In this document: piece by piece, positions 50,465-60,875 of the stretch
Numbering within the stretch: the first letter of the stretch is position 1
Layout: every line of letters begins with the position of its first letter
Assembly (NCBI GenBank): GCA_010356995.1
Contig: ML996693.1
Span: 248,001-312,000 of the forward strand
From: Trichodelitschia bisporula
Taxonomy: Eukaryota
DNA: 64,000 nucleotides
Reading direction: 5' to 3'
The notes under the pieces: model-generated
Told to the model about the DNA's origin: nothing
What the model saw: only the letters and a program-made list of their open reading frames with translations
Databases searched by the model: none
Program-made: the position numbers and the translations under genes

Positions 50465-52452
50465 ATGCACGCCCTCCTCCTCGCCGCCTCCCTAGGCATA
50501 GCGCACTTCGCCGCTGCTGCCACAATACCTGCGCCGTTAGGCGCCCGCGGTAAGCAAGCGCACCTCATTCCCTCCACAAGGCTAACCATCAGCCCCTGCC
50601 CTTCCCACCGCAGTCCCGAACGCCAATGGCTTAACCGGCGCCCTTCCCGGCGCCCTTCCGGGCGCGCCTGGTGTGCCCAGCGGTATGCTTGGTGCGGCCG
50701 GCGTGAAGGGCGTGTCGAACTCGGCGGCGGTTTTGTCGTTGCTTGGTATTGGGATTAGTGTCCCGGGTGTGCCAGCCGCGCCTGACCTTCCGGCGGTCCC
50801 GGGTGTACCAACTGTCCCGGCTGTCCCGGGTGCACCAGCTGTCCCGGGTGTACCAGCAGTCCCTAATCTCCCAGTGGTTGGCAATCTTCCCGTAGTTGGG
50901 GGCGCGGGCGCTGGCACAGGAGAGAACACTGGCGCGGGCCTCGGGCTTCCGGTCTCTGTGCCTGCGCTGCCGGCTCCCGTGCCAGATGTGCCGGCTCCTA
51001 AGCTCCCGGTTCCTAAACTCCCGGTTCCGGCTGTTGGGGATCTTCCCACTGGGGGAGCGGATGCTGGCGCAGGGACGCCGGCTGGGTCTGGTGGACTTCC
51101 ACTTCCCGCGGGCCTTCCCATCCCCGCAGGTCTTCCCATCCCGGCTGGTCTCACCCTCCCGACCAATCTCGCCGCCGTCCCCGGCATAACCACGCTAGTA
51201 ACCTCCGTTGTCTCATACTTAGTCAGCTCACTCCTCAGCCTCATCACCGGGATCAACGAAGGCCTACCCATCCCCTCTCTTCCCTCTATCCCGGCTAAAA
51301 TCGGTCGCCGTACTCCACAACTCAGCTCACCCGCCAGCCTAGGCAGCGCCGTAACCACCGCTTCCTCTGCCATCCCTCCGGGCCTGGCAATCAACGGCTT
51401 TCCACTCACTATGCCCTGTCTCAACAACGACATCACGCCGAACTTGCTGCCGAATGTGCTTAATGGTATGGGTACTGGCGTGCTGGCGATTGCCTTATCC
51501 TTGGCTGGGCTGCATCTCTTGGTCCGTGATGTGGAGGTTGAACATGTCAAGCGTCAACTGGGCAGCGTTCTCGGGGGTGTGCCTGGCGTGGGTGGGCTTG
51601 CGGACGTAGTGACCGGCGCAGTCGGCTCTGTTCCCATCGCCGGATCCACGAGCGGTGCGGCCAACCCCGTCGGCACAGCCACGGGCGCTCTATCTGCCAC
51701 ACCGGCTGCCGGGCTCGTCAACACCCTCACTGACCTCCTCTCCGCCCTGCCATTGATCGGCAGCCTCCTCAACGCCTCCTCGGCAGTGCAGGCGGCAACC
51801 CCCTCGGCGCAGTGTGCAGTGTCCCCGTAGCCAGCGGTGACGTAAGAAACCTCGCCGTCGGCAGCTTAACTAGCTTTCTCACGCGGCGGGCCGGGCCGCT
51901 CGACGCCGCCACAGGCCTAGCCGGCGGCGCGACCGGTGCCACAAACGCACTTTCTCTCCTAACCCCCGTGCTCAGCCTAATCGGCACGCTCGCCAACGCG
52001 CTACCGCTCACTTTGCCCATCACCTTCGCACTGAACACCGCGACCTCTACACTCTGCGGCCTGCTCGGCCCTCTCCTGTCCCAGGTGTCTGGGTCCAAGA
52101 GCGTGGTCCCCTTGGTTACGGTGCTGAATCTCCTTCCGATGGTTGATGACGGGTTTGCGGGGCTGGCGGGGTTGGATAGTCTTGATGCGTTGACGAATGC
52201 GGCGGCGGGGTTGAATGCGGGGAATGCGAGTTTTGTGGAGGGCTTGCCGGTTGGTGGGGGTGGTTGGCGGGGGCGATGCAGGTTGTTCAGAATCTTGAGG
52301 TTGCGAAGGCGAATGGGGTTGATGTGGCGGGGGCGGGAGGGTTGTTGTTTCAGCGGGCTTGGGGGTGGGGGTGGGGGGGGGGGTGCTTAGAAAATGGAGG
52401 GAGTGGGGTTGGTGATGGTGATGGTTTGGGAGGTGGTGATGGTTGGGCTTGA
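50465..52452 (+). CDS. Secreted Gly/Pro/Ala/Leu/Val-rich repetitive protein, interrupted by two apparent frameshifts (pseudogene or assembly error)
   Basis: Signal peptide MHALLLAASLGIAHFAAA; an intron from 50550 to 50592 (or 50613) joins in frame to ORF 50673-51830. Similar sequence continues in shifted frames 51812-52390 and 52264-52452. Confidence 0.7.
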
Positions 52453-54891
52453 GGTTTGGATCAAAAGCTTGCTTTGGTTTATCTTCGAAGATGGTAGCTA
52501 GCGCGACCATCTACAGTTTTGAATTCATATTTCGTTTTGGATGCTATCGTTGACGTACTCATGTGCTCGCCCTTAGAAGGACGGGCATCGGATTGTAGAT
52601 GATGGCTGTGGTGGAGTTGCCAACGAATGACGTCAACGAGACTTGATGTCCCAGGGTCGCTCTTGCCTTCCTCACGACAGCAAGACTGAAGTGAAGGCCA
52701 TCTCATTATCGTGACCTCTTATCGTCATCACCTTCACCCAACCCTCATGTACCGAAAGCAATTGAATGAATACCTTCTTCCCAGGCAATGAACCCCCCCG
52801 GTCACGATGTAGCCGTACCGCGTGCCACATACGGTCCCGATGCAAAGTTCAAGAGCCTAGAACGCACTGGATGACAAGCCAGCGAGTCGAAAGCCAGTCA
52901 GAACGAATCCTGACCGGTAGGCGACGGCATGCCGATGGAAGTTAGCCGAATATCGGCTAGCTCGGATCGGCGCGCTGCTGGAGCGATGCATCACGCACTT
53001 CCCTTTCGGTTTAGCTGCGCAGGGCGTCACGGCAGCGGGCCTAATCTCCACGAACACAGAGATAGCGAAGACGGCACGACCTTGCGATGACGCGGGGTTC
53101 CTGGAATGCTCTCCTGCTTGTGTTCGATACTGCAGTTCTCATGGCAATTTGACTGCCACTACTGCATTGCAGTTGCTTCTTTGTTGCAGAAGTAAAGCGC
53201 ATGGGTTTCTGGTGGTGAAGGAGTGGCAGTGCCGAGCAGCGCGGGCAGTGCAGGTGTTTGCTCATACTGCAGATCATGGCAATGCCGGAGACACTGCAGG
53301 TCCTGCTGCCATCGTGTTGGTCGCTTCTTGATGCCGAGTTGAGAGTTGGTGCAGCATGGCCGCATTAGCTCCCCCGCCGGATGCTTGTCCATCTCCCAAT
53401 GGACCTTTTGGGTCGCAATCACACTACGGTACGGGTACGGTAAGTGCTCTTCCTTCTGAGGTGTTCGGACAGCGTACTGAACAACATCTCTCGTCGCTAC
53501 TAGGCCCCCCGTTTCGTCGACGGAGACGCCGGAAACTCCTGCGGCGAAGTTGAAGCGTTTCAAACCCCACCTTCACTTGAGGTTCTAGCTTGACGACATC
53601 GGCTTAAACAAAGCAGATCAACCAACCAGACGTTCCAGACAGCGCCTCACGTAACCCATTTTGTCATAAAGCCGCATCCAAAAATAGAGGCAATTTCCTC
53701 AAAGAAGCGCCTTTGCCCCCAAACCGACCCGGTCTCGTTCCGACTACCCCTCCTTCTCCAAACGACCCCGCCTCTCGACCTGGGTTTGGGTATCAAGTGA
53801 ACTCCCCTGGCAAGAGCCGAACGGGAGGGAGCGGGAGTACCCCTTGGCGATCGTCAACTCACCCACGACCTTGTAACAACGCAGGGCGGGCGCAGCAATC
53901 AGAGGCGGCGAACAGCTAAAACCGACAAACACCGGACGTGAACAGGTGGTAGGGAAATGCAGACTGGCGGTGGGTGTCCGATGGCCCAGGTCCTATGCCT
54001 ACCAGTCAGGTGGAAGGATGGCTTGCAACCCTACCATCCCGGCCATGCTCTTGGGTGTGGGGGCTGGTACGGGACGTCGTGTCTGGAGGAGAGCTAGTGG
54101 AGTACCACAGTAATCGGGGCGCAGACGGGCAGGCTTGGTGGGGTTTGACGGCCGTGCTACTCTATCACTTGGCCACTCTATCATCGCCACTCAGCGTCCC
54201 CTCCTTTCCGACCGCCCTTTTTCGAAGATTCGGGGAGTGTCTACGAGGGTTTACGAAAGTAAGAGTTTCGATGAAGAGAGCTTTCCGCTATTAGCGCCTT
54301 GCCACCTCCAGTTCGCGCCAAAAAACATGGTTGGTAGGCCGGTTACCAACCGTCCCTCCAAACCCCAGGTTTGTAGCTTTAGCAGCCGCCAGCCGCTAGG
54401 CGCGCATGTCGCAAGTCTACTTCGGATAGGTGCTGCGGAGCATTTAACAGAGCCCCATTCCTTAGTTCACGCCCTATTTGGTCTTGTGCGCCTACACACA
54501 TTTGAACGACAGGGAATGTGAGAGAAGAAACAGTGCAAAAGCAAGAGAAAAACTGGACGAGTTGGGTCTTCACGCCTTCGGCCCTCCTGTCACAACCCCC
54601 AGTCATATTCCAACCCCCTCTCTAGGCATCTGCTGGGGTCACCTTACATCTGACCAACCCTCCCCCCCTCCCATCCTTCAACTTTCTTTCTGACAAACTC
54701 TCTCCTCTTCCTCCTCATTCCACCCCGCACTCTTTTCAGCTTGTGTTGAAGCTGTCCTCTCGTCTTATCTTTCAACATTCTGTCGCTCTGGCTTGATATT
54801 GAGCCCCAGCGAATTCTTTTGTGCTTATCACCAGTCATACCCCGCATTCCGCGCCCCTCTTAGCCCCCAAATCTTCCCCTCTGCCCTTAAC

Positions 54892-56975
54892 ATGGCCCGA
54901 CACGTGCGTCCTGGGCGTGGTGGGTATGAGGACGAGTTCACCGAAGACGAATGGCACACCGATGCCTGGCATCGCTCGCGCAACGCAAGCCGCACCCGCC
55001 CCCCGCCCCCTCCTCCAAACCGCAGCACCGGCGCCTTCCTCTCCCCAGAAAATCTAGGCTATGGCGGCGGTAGTTCTCGCCTCCGCTCACGCTCCCAGGG
55101 CAACATGCCCGCACCAAACGTCTACGTCTACACCAACCAGACGACGGAGAGTGACCTGCGCGACAACCATTCGAGCTCGCGCTCGCCCTCCCCGCGCTTG
55201 AAGCCCCGCGGCGGTGGCCGTGGCAGAAGCCGGAGCCGCGTCGACGAGGACTTTCGCGATGAACTCTTCGATAAACTCGACGACATCGACCACGATCTGC
55301 GCCGGTCGCGCAGCCGCGCCCGCACCGATGCTGCTCCCGCGCCTCCCGCCGTCGCTCTTCCCACCTTCATGGCCCCGCCTTACTACGCGGGAGCGCCACG
55401 TGACCCGAGCCCGGGCTACCACGAGCTGATGCGGCTGAAGGAGGACCAGGCACTCAACCGGGAGCGAGATCTCGAGCGTAGTCTTGAGGCGAAGTTGGCC
55501 CGCGAGAAGGATCACGAGCGGGACCGCCGGCTAAAGGTTGAGCTCGAACGGGAGCGCGATGAGCGGCAGCGGCATGAAGAACACCTACGGCAGAAGCTTG
55601 AGCAGCTGGACCGGCAGGCGGAGGTTGATCGCGTCAGAGACGAGGCACGCTTCCATGCTGCTGACTGGAAGTACCGGCAGCTGATGGAGGAGACGGGCCG
55701 GCGCACTGAGGACGAGCGTGCCATGCAGCTTGAGATCCGCGAGCGTGACGAGGAGATCTACAAGAAGAAGTATGAGCTGCGTCGCCTAAAGGATCGCATT
55801 GATGCCGAAGAAGAGCGCGCTCAGCAGGAGAGCAAGGAGAAGGAGTGGAAGACGCGGCTTGAGGTCGAGAAGCTCAAGCAGGAGCAGGCCAGGCAGGCTG
55901 CTGATTTGAAGCGTGATGAGGAGCGCAAGCGCATCCTCGCTGAAAAGGCCGAGCAGGAGCAGAAGGCCAAGGCGGAGCGCGAGCGTATCAAGCTTGAGAT
56001 TGAGCAGAAGGAACGTGCTGAGCAGGCTGAGCGCCAGAAGATCAAGCTGGAGCTTGAGGCTAAGGAGGCTGAAGAGGAGGAGCGCCAGAAGGCTATTGTG
56101 GACAAGTACAATGCCAAAATGGCCAAGGAGAAGAAGGAGGCAGAGGAGAGAGCAGCCCGCGCTGTTGCAGAACATGAGAAGAAGCTTGCGGATCAGAAGA
56201 AGAAGGAAGAAGAGATGAAGGAGAAGTTCCGCCGTGAAGAGGAGGCGAAGAAGAAGAAGGAAAAGGAGGAGGAAGACAGGTGGAAGATGAAGCTCAAGAT
56301 GAAGGAGGACGAAGAGAAGGAGAAGAAAAAGAAGAAGGATAAGGAGATCGAGGAGGAGATGTTCAAGCGTCTCAACCACTTCGGCTTTCAGGAGAATCAG
56401 ATCGATGTCTTGCTGCATCCGAAGAAGGCAGGCCACCTCCCGCCTGGCGCTATGCCCATAAATGCGCTCCCTCCCCCTCCTCCTCAGCATCTCCCCGGAC
56501 CACCATATCCACCACCTCCACCTATGGGAATGCCGATGCCGATGCAGCCACCCCCACCCCCGCATCACCACCACCACACCAACACGCTGTCGCTGGAGCT
56601 GCGCCGCGACGCCGCCCCGACGTTTATCAAGGTCCACCGCGACCATCTCGACATCGAGACTCTGCGCTACTACAATCTCCCATGGGAATACGACCATGTA
56701 AGTCGCCTTCACTTGCCTTTTCGTCCCCAGCTAATCCGTCCCAGGTCGACCCCAACTTCATCATCATCCTGCAGGAGATGGACACGCGCGAGACGGAGAT
56801 CCTCTTCGAGCACACGCGCAAGCTGCGCCGCGGTGGCGCGCAGCTGCTAATTGAGGACCGTGGGCGTGGCACGCGTCCCGAATATGCTTTTGTGCGGCGC
56901 CGCAAGCCGTCAGCGTCGCCTAGTGGGCGGAAAAGGTCACCGCGGAGAGTAAGCATCTTGGGCTCCATCCTCTGA
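54892..56975 (+). CDS. Fungal protein with Arg/Ser-rich disordered N-terminus, long E/K/R helical region, poly-Pro/His tract and small C-terminal domain
   Basis: Long ORF from the ATG at 54892; intron 56698-56744 joins PTFIKVHRDHLDIETLRYYNLPWEYDH to VDPNFIIILQEMDTRETEILFEHTRKLR. Confidence 0.85.
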
Positions 56976-57411
56976 AGTCCCTTTTTCGTTTCTTGGACAT
57001 TGCCAAGTTGGGATTGCTAATTTGGTCTTCTTTTCTTTCCTTTTAAGGTCGTTCGCCTGCTTTGATGACCGTCTACTCCGTACGCCCGAAGTGCGTAATG
57101 TATGATGAGTTCAGTTGCCTCATGCTGCCTACATGATATCCGTTTCTTCTTGGCTCGAAACATTGATTCCGTCCTGCTGTCGGGTTCCGGCGTTTTTTGG
57201 GCGGTGTCGCCACTTCATCTTCCATCTTCTCTCCGGTCGCTTCAATCAATGAATTAGAGTTTACACAACCCTTGCCCCGTGCCACAGGTCAGAGTAGTGC
57301 TTCGTGATATTCCGTACAAGCTTCGTCCCAGAGCAGAGCACCCATGCATGCCTTGTATATAGTCCCAAACACCAGATATGCCCTTTGAACGCCACGCCTT
57401 CAGACAACCGC

Positions 57412-58429
57412 CTACAAAACCCCCACCCACCTCCTCTCCCCCCTCCTAATCAACTCCTCATACACCGTCCAAGCAAGCGCACTACTCATCGCCTTCCTCC
57501 CGATCCTCAATCCCAGGCCACTAAACAAACTCCCCACCCCCTCCTCCCGCATCATAATCCCAGCACACTTTACTAAGTTCCCATACCTGCGCGGCATAAG
57601 CTGCAGCCGCGTCTTAATCGCATCAAACGGATTCGTAACCGCAGTCGCCAGCGCCGCCGCCCCAACGCCCGACGCGAAATTCACCCCTGCCCCATAGCCC
57701 GCGTCTCCGCTGCCTAGGCCGACTAAGGCACCGAGCCGCCGTTTTCCAGATTCGTAGAAAAGCACGTAGAGACCTGCGTACGGCGCGTCCCGCACCGCCG
57801 TCGCGCCCGCGCCCGCGAATAGCCCGCGCACCCCCTCGGCACGCCAAATATCCGCCAGCGCCGCCCTCATGCCCGCATACGCATAAAGACTACTCTCGAG
57901 CCGGACCTTTATCACCGTAACAGGCATGAGGACGAACCCCGCCGCCGCGCGCGCCACCGCGCCCGCCGCCAGGTTGGCCGCGGGGCTCAGGGCGGGCAGA
58001 GACGAGGACGTGGCCCTAGTGTGGGAGTGGAAGCCGCGCGCGGCGAGGCTTTCGCGCAGGGCGTTCAGGCCGCCGAAGTACAGTGCTGAGCCGGCGCCGG
58101 TGCGCAGGGCGGACGGGGCGGTGCCGCGCCAGAGGGTGCGGAGGGGCTGTGGGGAGGAGAGGATTTGCCGGAGGGTGTGGAGAAGGGGGTGCGGGGAGGT
58201 GGTTGTTGACTGTTGGAGGCGGGTTTTTAGGAGGTCGGCTGGTTGGAGGAGGGTTGCGCTTAGCAGGCCTGAGGCGAGGCCGGCGAGGAGGTGGAATGCT
58301 GCGGGGGGTTAGGTGGGGTGAGAATAGAGGGGGGGGTTGGGGACGGAGAGGAGCAATTGGGGAATGCGCACTAGTTTTTTGTTTCTGCTTCGGCTTGGAG
58401 CCGCTCGTGACGGCGTCTTTGGTGCTCAT
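57412..58429 (-). CDS. HEM25: Mitochondrial carrier, glycine transporter Hem25/SLC25A38-like
   Basis: Three carrier signatures ([34 protein letters not shown]), plus [14 protein letters not shown] and [14 protein letters not shown]; intron 58299-58371. Confidence 0.9.
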
Positions 58430-58780
58430 GGCCGCGGTGTGGGCGCGGTGCGGCGGTTGTGCGATGCAAGTTTGGAGGTGAAGTCATGACGGAGTGCGCA
58501 CGGGGCGGTGAGCGCGCCTTCCGCACCGGGCGGCTAGGGCTCCGGGCCGGGGTTGGTGCGCTCGGGATCAGGCTGGGCCGAGGGGCCCGAAGGGTCGAGG
58601 ACGGTTGCGGACGGCCTTTGTGGAATGGGCAATGCGGTTTGCATTGTGATAGGCTTTTGGGGCAATTGAATGGATACGAGTCACATTTTTCACGAACACG
58701 GTGCACAGCAGAGTTGGGACAAAGAGTGACATTGAAACAAGATAAACGCCGAAAACAGATTCCCCCTTTCATTCTCCCAT

Positions 58781-59833
58781 CTACAAGCAGATGGTGATCT
58801 TATGATGGGTGTCGATGCCTAAGAACTCGCACCAGGTCTTTTCGTCGTCATACGGTGACATCTTCTCTTCCAACTCGGGGAAAAAATGCTTCTTGAGTCC
58901 CTCCCACGAAAGCACTGCGGAGAAGCGTTGCCCCCAATGATAGGACACGAACTGATAGCAGACATCGTCGTGGACAAAGGGATGGTACTGCTTCGCCAGT
59001 CCCCGGCCAACGACCTGCCCTGGCTCATCCGGAATTCTCTCGCGGAACCACTGCGCCAACGTGGGGTGGGGGCAGAAGTCCGCGTCGTAAGTGTGAGGGC
59101 AGGGGACGCGATGCGGATGGCCGCAGCGAAACCGGACCTTGCACCAAGGGTGCTCTTGCAGAAAGATCCAGATGTAGTGAAGCGGAAACCCGCCCACGCC
59201 CTTCTTTTCAACTCCAATCGTAAGATTGCGCAGGTGGTCCGTCGTTTTCGACGGGGCCCGGAAGGAATTCATCCAGCGCGGCAGGTGGATGAGGTGTATC
59301 CCAAAGTGATATTCGCGGAAAAGAACCTCCAAGAACTCATAAACCATCTCGTGTTGGCCCTCGTACGTGTCCGGCAGGCAGAGCACCTGATCTTCCCAGA
59401 CGAACTGAAGCAGGGCGGTAGTCAAAGTCCCCTCCGGGAAGTCTTTCTCCTCGACGGTCCTATCAATCGTTCGCTGACAAGGGAAATGGGCAACGGCATC
59501 GGCGCTCTCGCCACTCCATGCATCGCTTTGCTGGTACCTGGCGCGCCACTTCCCTTTGCTTGACAATTTGCGGTAAGCGTGCAATCTGGGGTGGGCAGGT
59601 GCGAGGGATACCCATCGCCGGTACTTCTTCTTGGTTCCACGGCAGCAGCGTTTGTGGCAGATAAGAACGGCTTTGTAGATCTCTACGCGAATCTCGTATG
59701 GCGCCATCTGGATCCGGTCAATCGGGAGTGGTGGATCAGCCACGGGAGTCGCCAGATGCCTTCTGAGGAATTTGGCGAAGACATTGAATTCCGTCGGTGG
59801 ATCGAGAGAGCGGGGAGGAAATCCGGTCGACAT
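58781..59833 (-). CDS. Hypothetical protein (about 350 aa, intronless) with an F-box-like N-terminal motif
   Basis: 1-kb ORF of globular composition; LPIDRIQMAPYEIRVEIYKAVL resembles the LP.EIR..IY..L motif. No other recognisable domain. Confidence 0.6.
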   Translation of the reverse strand: MSTGFPPRSLDPPTEFNVFAKFLRRHLATPVADPPLPIDRIQMAPYEIRVEIYKAVLICHKRCCRGTKKKYRRWVSLAPAHPRLHAYRKLSSKGKWRARYQQSDAWSGESADAVAHFPCQRTIDRTVEEKDFPEGTLTTALLQFVWEDQVLCLPDTYEGQHEMVYEFLEVLFREYHFGIHLIHLPRWMNSFRAPSKTTDHLRNLTIGVEKKGVGGFPLHYIWIFLQEHPWCKVRFRCGHPHRVPCPHTYDADFCPHPTLAQWFRERIPDEPGQVVGRGLAKQYHPFVHDDVCYQFVSYHWGQRFSAVLSWEGLKKHFFPELEEKMSPYDDEKTWCEFLGIDTHHKITICL

Positions 59834-60875
59834 GGTGATCAAAGGCCGAGCAGTACTTCGGAGAAAATATGAATGGTGACCGAGCGCGTGCTGCGATGAG
59901 GGAGCTTGAACATCGAGTTGGAGGTTCAATGCTGCGTCCCGGGCCGCTTAAGAAGGTGAGAAGTGGTGACTACGTCTTTGTTGCGGTTGGCATGCTCCGC
60001 TTGCGTATACCATTATCAACAAAGGCTCAATGAAGGGAGGATTCGACTGGCTTGCATTCTGCCCGTCGTTCCCGGAGCATGGCAAGTGAACCGGTTGCCC
60101 GTCGAACGGCCGGCATCCAAGAGGCATCAGGCCCGGCTCAGAGCTTCTCGTGAAAGCCTATATATGTCATGGCGGAGTTCGGAACTCCAACATCTGGAAA
60201 ACTTCCAGTCGGAAAAGTGGGACGGTTCGACCGAGACAGCGTGGCGTCAAATAAAGCTGAAAGCAGCGATACGTGGTGTCTGCAGTCCGGAACCGGGTGG
60301 CATAAAACAAGTGTCATGAGAAGGCACCAAAAGGAGAAAGAGGGATGCGTTGCTCGGCTTCTTTGTGACTGAACGTCCCATCTGTGGTGGCCATGTTGTA
60401 GTCGTGGGCGAAGGTGAGAGGGAAGGCCGGACCCCGACGTCGAGTATCTTGCATGCACTGACCAAGTCAACGGCATTCCGGGTAACGTCAAGAATGGGTA
60501 AATGCTCAACAACTGAGTTGCCCTCACCTAGTTTTAGTTCTGTAAAGTATGCATGAGGCGGCGAAGTGACACGCAATGTCAACAACCATGTGCCTTCACG
60601 TCAGCGGAAAGGTATTGGATTTAAAGGGCGATGGAAAGGAAGAGCTAGAACTAGGTACTGTAGGTGGGTACGGTTCCCGTAGCCCCATTCGCCTGGAGTC
60701 TCAAATGATCCCCCTTCATTCCCCACATTGAGGTCGGCTTGGACAGGATGGTACAGTTCACCTAAAGCCATCACTCGCCTCTCCAAGTGAAATAAAATAA
60801 CAACTGCCTCCGCTACGAACTGAAAGGGCCAACTGTAATGTCATTAGTAAAGACTCCGTTGTAGATCAGTAGTAG

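Noticed and set aside
50582..51550. 322-aa minus-strand GTAG-repeat ORF
   Set aside because: Mirror of the secreted protein, which has the signal peptide and a proper intron on +.
55786..56712. 308-aa Leu-rich minus-strand ORF
   Set aside because: Antisense to E/K-rich codons (GAG/AAG read as CTC/CTT).
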